The notes under the pieces: generated by a model
What the model saw: only the letters and a program-made list of their open reading frames with translations
Database searches by the model: none
Told to the model about the DNA's origin: nothing
Source: Alphaproteobacteria bacterium UBA6376
GTDB lineage: Bacteria; Pseudomonadota; Alphaproteobacteria; Rs-D84
Assembly (NCBI GenBank): GCA_002437665.1
Contig: DJQW01000001.1
Coordinates: 65,304-129,303, forward strand
Direction: 5' to 3'
Length of the DNA stretch: 64,000 bases
Made by a program: the position numbers and the translations under genes
Shown: piece after piece, positions 58,338 through 64,000 of the stretch
Numbering within the stretch: the first letter of the stretch is position 1
Layout: every line of letters starts with the position of its first letter

Positions 58338-58981
58338 AATTTTATCAACCCTGTTTGTAACGCTTTCCATAAAACCACATCAATATACCCACGCGGCAGT
58401 GATGTTTCAGCACACAATTTTTCAAACATTGCATCACACGCGGCGCGAATATCTGGATTTAATTTTTTATTATCGATTTTTTTGTACAGCATAGAATCCC
58501 CGCTGTACATCGCCCCCAAACGCTGAATCCAAATATCATATTTCACAACATCTTCGCCCAAGTTTCGTGCCAAATGATTTGCCGTGATTTTTCCGATATG
58601 CGGCAAACGCGACAAGAACCCCAAACGCGCATCAACGTCATTCAATTTATAATATTCCGCGCATAACGCATTACGATTTTCCCAGATTTTACAAATCGCA
58701 TTTATTTTATTTTTATTATGAAAAATCGAAAACAGATAATCAAAATCTGCGCCACGCGCGCGCAACGCAGACATAATTTTTTCATGAATTGATTTTGCCG
58801 TTTTTTGTGAAAACCCACCCGCCAAAATCACATAAGCACATTGCGACGCAAACGCGTCTGCATCACAAATATGCCGATGCATCAGGTTATCTTTGATTTG
58901 GTCAAACGATTGCGCATCACTGTCCAATCCCGCCGCACGCAACCGCGAATCCAAATCAAAGAACCATTTTGCATCAAACAT
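58334..58981 (-). CDS. HhH-GPD-superfamily DNA glycosylase-like protein (putative)
   Basis: Helix-hairpin-helix [33 protein letters not shown], analogous to LPGVGRKTANVVL...DTHIFRV of EndoIII. 4-nt overlap with ung. Confidence 0.45.
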   Translation of the reverse strand: MFDAKWFFDLDSRLRAAGLDSDAQSFDQIKDNLMHRHICDADAFASQCAYVILAGGFSQKTAKSIHEKIMSALRARGADFDYLFSIFHNKNKINAICKIWENRNALCAEYYKLNDVDARLGFLSRLPHIGKITANHLARNLGEDVVKYDIWIQRLGAMYSGDSMLYKKIDNKKLNPDIRAACDAMFEKLCAETSLPRGYIDVVLWKALQTGLIKL

Positions 58982-58985
58982 AATG

Positions 58986-59294
58986 TTATTCTTTCTCAGC
59001 CATACTGGCCAACGCCGCCATCATTTCTGGCGACATTGTGTTAGCATTCATTTTTGCCTTTAACTTATCATTGGCCGCATTGAACTTTGATTTTTTATCA
59101 CCGCCCGCCAGTTCCTGATTCAGTTGTTCCAACCGGCGACGCGCAAAATCAATATTTCCCATTCTGTCTGAATTGTTATACACCACATCTTCCAGTTCGG
59201 CGCGTTCTTTCTGTTTTGCAACCAATTCTGGCGAAACCAGATCGTTCACAACCGCGCGATGAACCTGACCATACTTATCAACAAATTCAGCCAT
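58986..59294 (-). CDS. hypothetical protein
   Basis: 102-aa charged and coiled-coil-like ORF between gyrB and the glycosylase genes. Confidence 0.35.
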   Translation of the reverse strand: MAEFVDKYGQVHRAVVNDLVSPELVAKQKERAELEDVVYNNSDRMGNIDFARRRLEQLNQELAGGDKKSKFNAANDKLKAKMNANTMSPEMMAALASMAEKE

Positions 59295-59308
59295 TTGCCA
59301 GCCCCCGA

Positions 59309-61708
<2,400 letters not shown>

Positions 61709-61784
61709 TTATATTCCTTTCTTTTTTCTATGTGAAAAATAGCAATTTCTGGTATAATTATCAAGAAAAAAGGGGACAAAAATT

Positions 61785-62057
61785 ATGGTAGAAAACAAAG
61801 CACCAGTATTTTCAAAATCTGACTATCTGTCGGCTGCGGCGGCGGCTAAAAAGTACGGCACAGACAAACTGACCGCGGCCCAGATTATGCATGAACAATT
61901 CAAACGCGGAACAAAAATCCTGACAAAATACGGTTCGCGTCCAATGATTACAATCGATCCATTGGTTCATTCCAAGACCAAGGACGGATTTCCTGCGTAC
62001 CGCTTGCACCCACTGGCGGACGAAAAATTCAAAGAATTACTGGCCAAGGAGAAATAA
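61785..62057 (+). CDS. hypothetical small protein
   Basis: 90-aa ORF with the RBS-like aaaagggga upstream. Confidence 0.35.
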   Translation: MVENKAPVFSKSDYLSAAAAAKKYGTDKLTAAQIMHEQFKRGTKILTKYGSRPMITIDPLVHSKTKDGFPAYRLHPLADEKFKELLAKEK

Positions 62058-62060
62058 TCC

Positions 62061-62630
62061 ATGAAATTCAAATTATTGTATTTTGGTGATATTTTAATCA
62101 ATCCAAAGAAACGCTCGCAACATATTGCCGATATTCGCATGCAATTTCACCCGCAACTGAAAAAGTTGGTGGAACACCAGCCATGGAATAACCTGACGCA
62201 ATATATGGTACCCACCGCCACCAAGAGTCCAATTACAACCCGCCACGTGGGTGGTATTGACTGGAATCCAATTATCACGCCAAACCTGAAATTATTGGCG
62301 GAAATCGATATTCAAATGATGCACCCTGAAATTGTGGGTGTCCCGCGCCGCGATATTGATAACCGCGTTAAAACATTGCTGGACGGGCTGCGTTGCCCCC
62401 AGAATGAACACGAGGTTGGCGAAAACACACCTCGCGATATCGGGCCAATTTATACATTGCTGGACGACGACCATTTGATAACAAAACTGTCGGTCAACAC
62501 CAGCCACTTGCTGGGCACAGAATTATTCAGCGAAAGCATTCCGAAAACGCCTGATGCGGTGTTTATAATGTTGGACGTCAATGTCCGTGTCGCCGAAGGC
62601 ACACTGGAAAACCTGCCGTTTATGGTATAA
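62061..62630 (+). CDS. hypothetical protein
   Basis: 189-aa ORF 3 nt downstream of the previous gene, so a likely bicistronic pair. Confidence 0.4.
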   Translation: MKFKLLYFGDILINPKKRSQHIADIRMQFHPQLKKLVEHQPWNNLTQYMVPTATKSPITTRHVGGIDWNPIITPNLKLLAEIDIQMMHPEIVGVPRRDIDNRVKTLLDGLRCPQNEHEVGENTPRDIGPIYTLLDDDHLITKLSVNTSHLLGTELFSESIPKTPDAVFIMLDVNVRVAEGTLENLPFMV

Positions 62631-62632
62631 AA

Positions 62633-62655
62633 ATGCCCCACTGGGGCATTTTTAT
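62633..62655 (+). terminator. rho-independent terminator
   Basis: atgccccactggggcat hairpin plus a T-run. Confidence 0.65.
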
Positions 62656-62740
62656 TAGAGCATAGGTAATAGATAGTGCGCCGAATGGCGCACTTGCTTT
62701 ACTCATTTGAACTTTGAACTCTGTACTTTGAACTTTCTTT
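62655..62740. repeat. family-A palindromic repeat element
   Basis: gtgcgccgaatggcgcac hairpin plus the ttactcatttgaactttgaactctgtactttgaacttt arm. Confidence 0.75.
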
Positions 62741-63812
62741 ATGATAACGCTGCGGTGATTTGGTCTTGCATCTGGAATGTCCCCAGCACAACCCACGCAA
62801 TAACCGCAGATACCAGCAAGATTCCAACACTGTTCAACATATTGGAAATCGATTCAATCTTGCGTACGGATTCGTCCAGATAATCGTTTGCCACCCGCGA
62901 CAGGTTCTTGTCAAATCCATTCATATCAGCATAAATAGTCAAATCGCCAATCAGTTCTTCGTTTGGAAAATCACGCCCAGAATGCGCCAACGCCATACCT
63001 AAATTATCACCATTTGCAATATAACGCAATGTTGCGTCCAATATACTGCGCAAGTATCTGTTCGAATTGTCCGCCAACATACGCATTGCATCTGGTATTG
63101 TAATACCCGCCGCCACCATTGACGCCAACCCCATCAGCCAGCCAACCGACAACTGAATCTTGTAAATATTCCATGGCGGCAATTTATCAAAAACACGACG
63201 CAACGGGCCCGACCAGTGAGACAAACTGGCCCACACAATCAAAATCGCCGAACAGAACACAATCACAAACACATACCAGTATTTAATCGAAAATTCCGAC
63301 AGCGCAATCAACGACGCTGCCCCAGATTGCCAAACAACGGAATTACCGGCAACCTCTGCCAATGGCGGAACCAGATACAATCCAACCATAATTATTATAC
63401 CAAATGTCAACGCCAGCAAGAACAGCGGGTACGCAAATGCACCAATCATCGCACGCTTGATACGCTGTGCGCCATCAACAACGCGACTGATACTTTCCAG
63501 CGCAATCACCAAATCAGACAAATTTCCAGACGTCAGCAGCAACGTTTCATCCGCGGGCACCCAATCACGCGTCGCGTCAGAAAAACTCATACCACGTTCC
63601 AGATTTTGCTGAAATTCACGCAACGCAATGGCGAATGGTTCATTTGGCTTTGCACCATTTTTGGATTCGACCATTTCCAAACGACCCAACGCGTCCATCA
63701 ATGAAAAATCATTACGCAACAGCGACGCCAATTTGCGCGCAATCGCCATACGCTTTTCAGTGTTCAATTTGAACACGATTTTCGCATAAATCTTGTCCAG
63801 TTTGGTTGTCAT
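62739..63812 (-). CDS. type II secretion / type IV pilus platform protein (GspF/PilC family)
   Basis: Two T2SSF-like repeats and three TM segments. Start refined to MTTKLDKIY, 2 nt after the stop of the upstream ATPase gene. Confidence 0.75.
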   Translation of the reverse strand: MTTKLDKIYAKIVFKLNTEKRMAIARKLASLLRNDFSLMDALGRLEMVESKNGAKPNEPFAIALREFQQNLERGMSFSDATRDWVPADETLLLTSGNLSDLVIALESISRVVDGAQRIKRAMIGAFAYPLFLLALTFGIIIMVGLYLVPPLAEVAGNSVVWQSGAASLIALSEFSIKYWYVFVIVFCSAILIVWASLSHWSGPLRRVFDKLPPWNIYKIQLSVGWLMGLASMVAAGITIPDAMRMLADNSNRYLRSILDATLRYIANGDNLGMALAHSGRDFPNEELIGDLTIYADMNGFDKNLSRVANDYLDESVRKIESISNMLNSVGILLVSAVIAWVVLGTFQMQDQITAALS

Positions 63813-63814
63813 AT

Positions 63815-64000
63815 CAATACACCCCTGGTCTGTCCAATAATCCAACCCAACGTTCCAATTCATCGACGCCAATGATACCTTGTAACATCAGTGCCATTGC
63901 CGCCTCTTTCAATGTGCGACCATCCATATCTTCCAACCAGTAACGCACCGCGCCATCGGTATTACCCGCCAACGCCAGACGCAAAAATTCACTGTTTGTA
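63815..64000 (-). CDS. type II/IV secretion ATPase (GspE/PilB family), C-terminal fragment (5' part outside window)
   Basis: Reverse-strand translation ...EFLRLALAGNTDGAVRYWLEDMDGRTLKEAAMALMLQGIIGVDELERWV resembles GspE C-termini. Stop TGA at 63815-63817. Confidence 0.6.

Overview
The window looks like a bacterial chromosome segment (gene content and order resemble an alphaproteobacterium, e.g. ruvC–ruvA, secB, lolCD, ftsQA, TypA/BipA, RecA). It is roughly 45–50% GC, with some clearly AT-rich inserts. Most genes are housekeeping genes: a partial xer recombinase, trxB, serS, typA, recA, secB, mltA, ruvC, yebC, ruvA, mnmE, xth, engB, rsmI, lolCD, ftsQ, ftsA, tsaE, uvrB, aspS, ung, gyrB, and a partial gspE plus gspF. 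Four tRNAs lie on the minus strand: Tyr, Gly, Thr and Met. A five-gene cluster of glycosyltransferases sits between typA and recA (7283-12211), with a distant paralog at 37232-38203. The main find is an AT-rich island of about 7.4 kb (29551-36959) inserted at the 3' end of tRNA-Tyr. It is flanked by an imperfect direct repeat of about 28 bp that copies the tRNA 3' end. It carries a DUF2924 gene, a large serine recombinase, and one 1429-aa cargo protein. That protein reads as a DUF4011-like N-terminus, a Upf1-like SF1 helicase, and a C-terminal DUF559/Vsr-like endonuclease, so it is a candidate single-protein nuclease-helicase defence system. Other points of note: (1) a conserved leader RNA with terminator/antiterminator-style alternative pairings, shared by two secreted/outer-membrane gene loci; (2) several families of short palindromic repeats in intergenic regions, one copy inserted in frame inside mnmE; (3) an in-frame fusion of ftsA to a ribulose-phosphate 3-epimerase-like domain with a partly degenerate active site; (4) small cysteine-rich secreted proteins. 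All calls come from reading the sequence and the ORF translations; no database searches were run.
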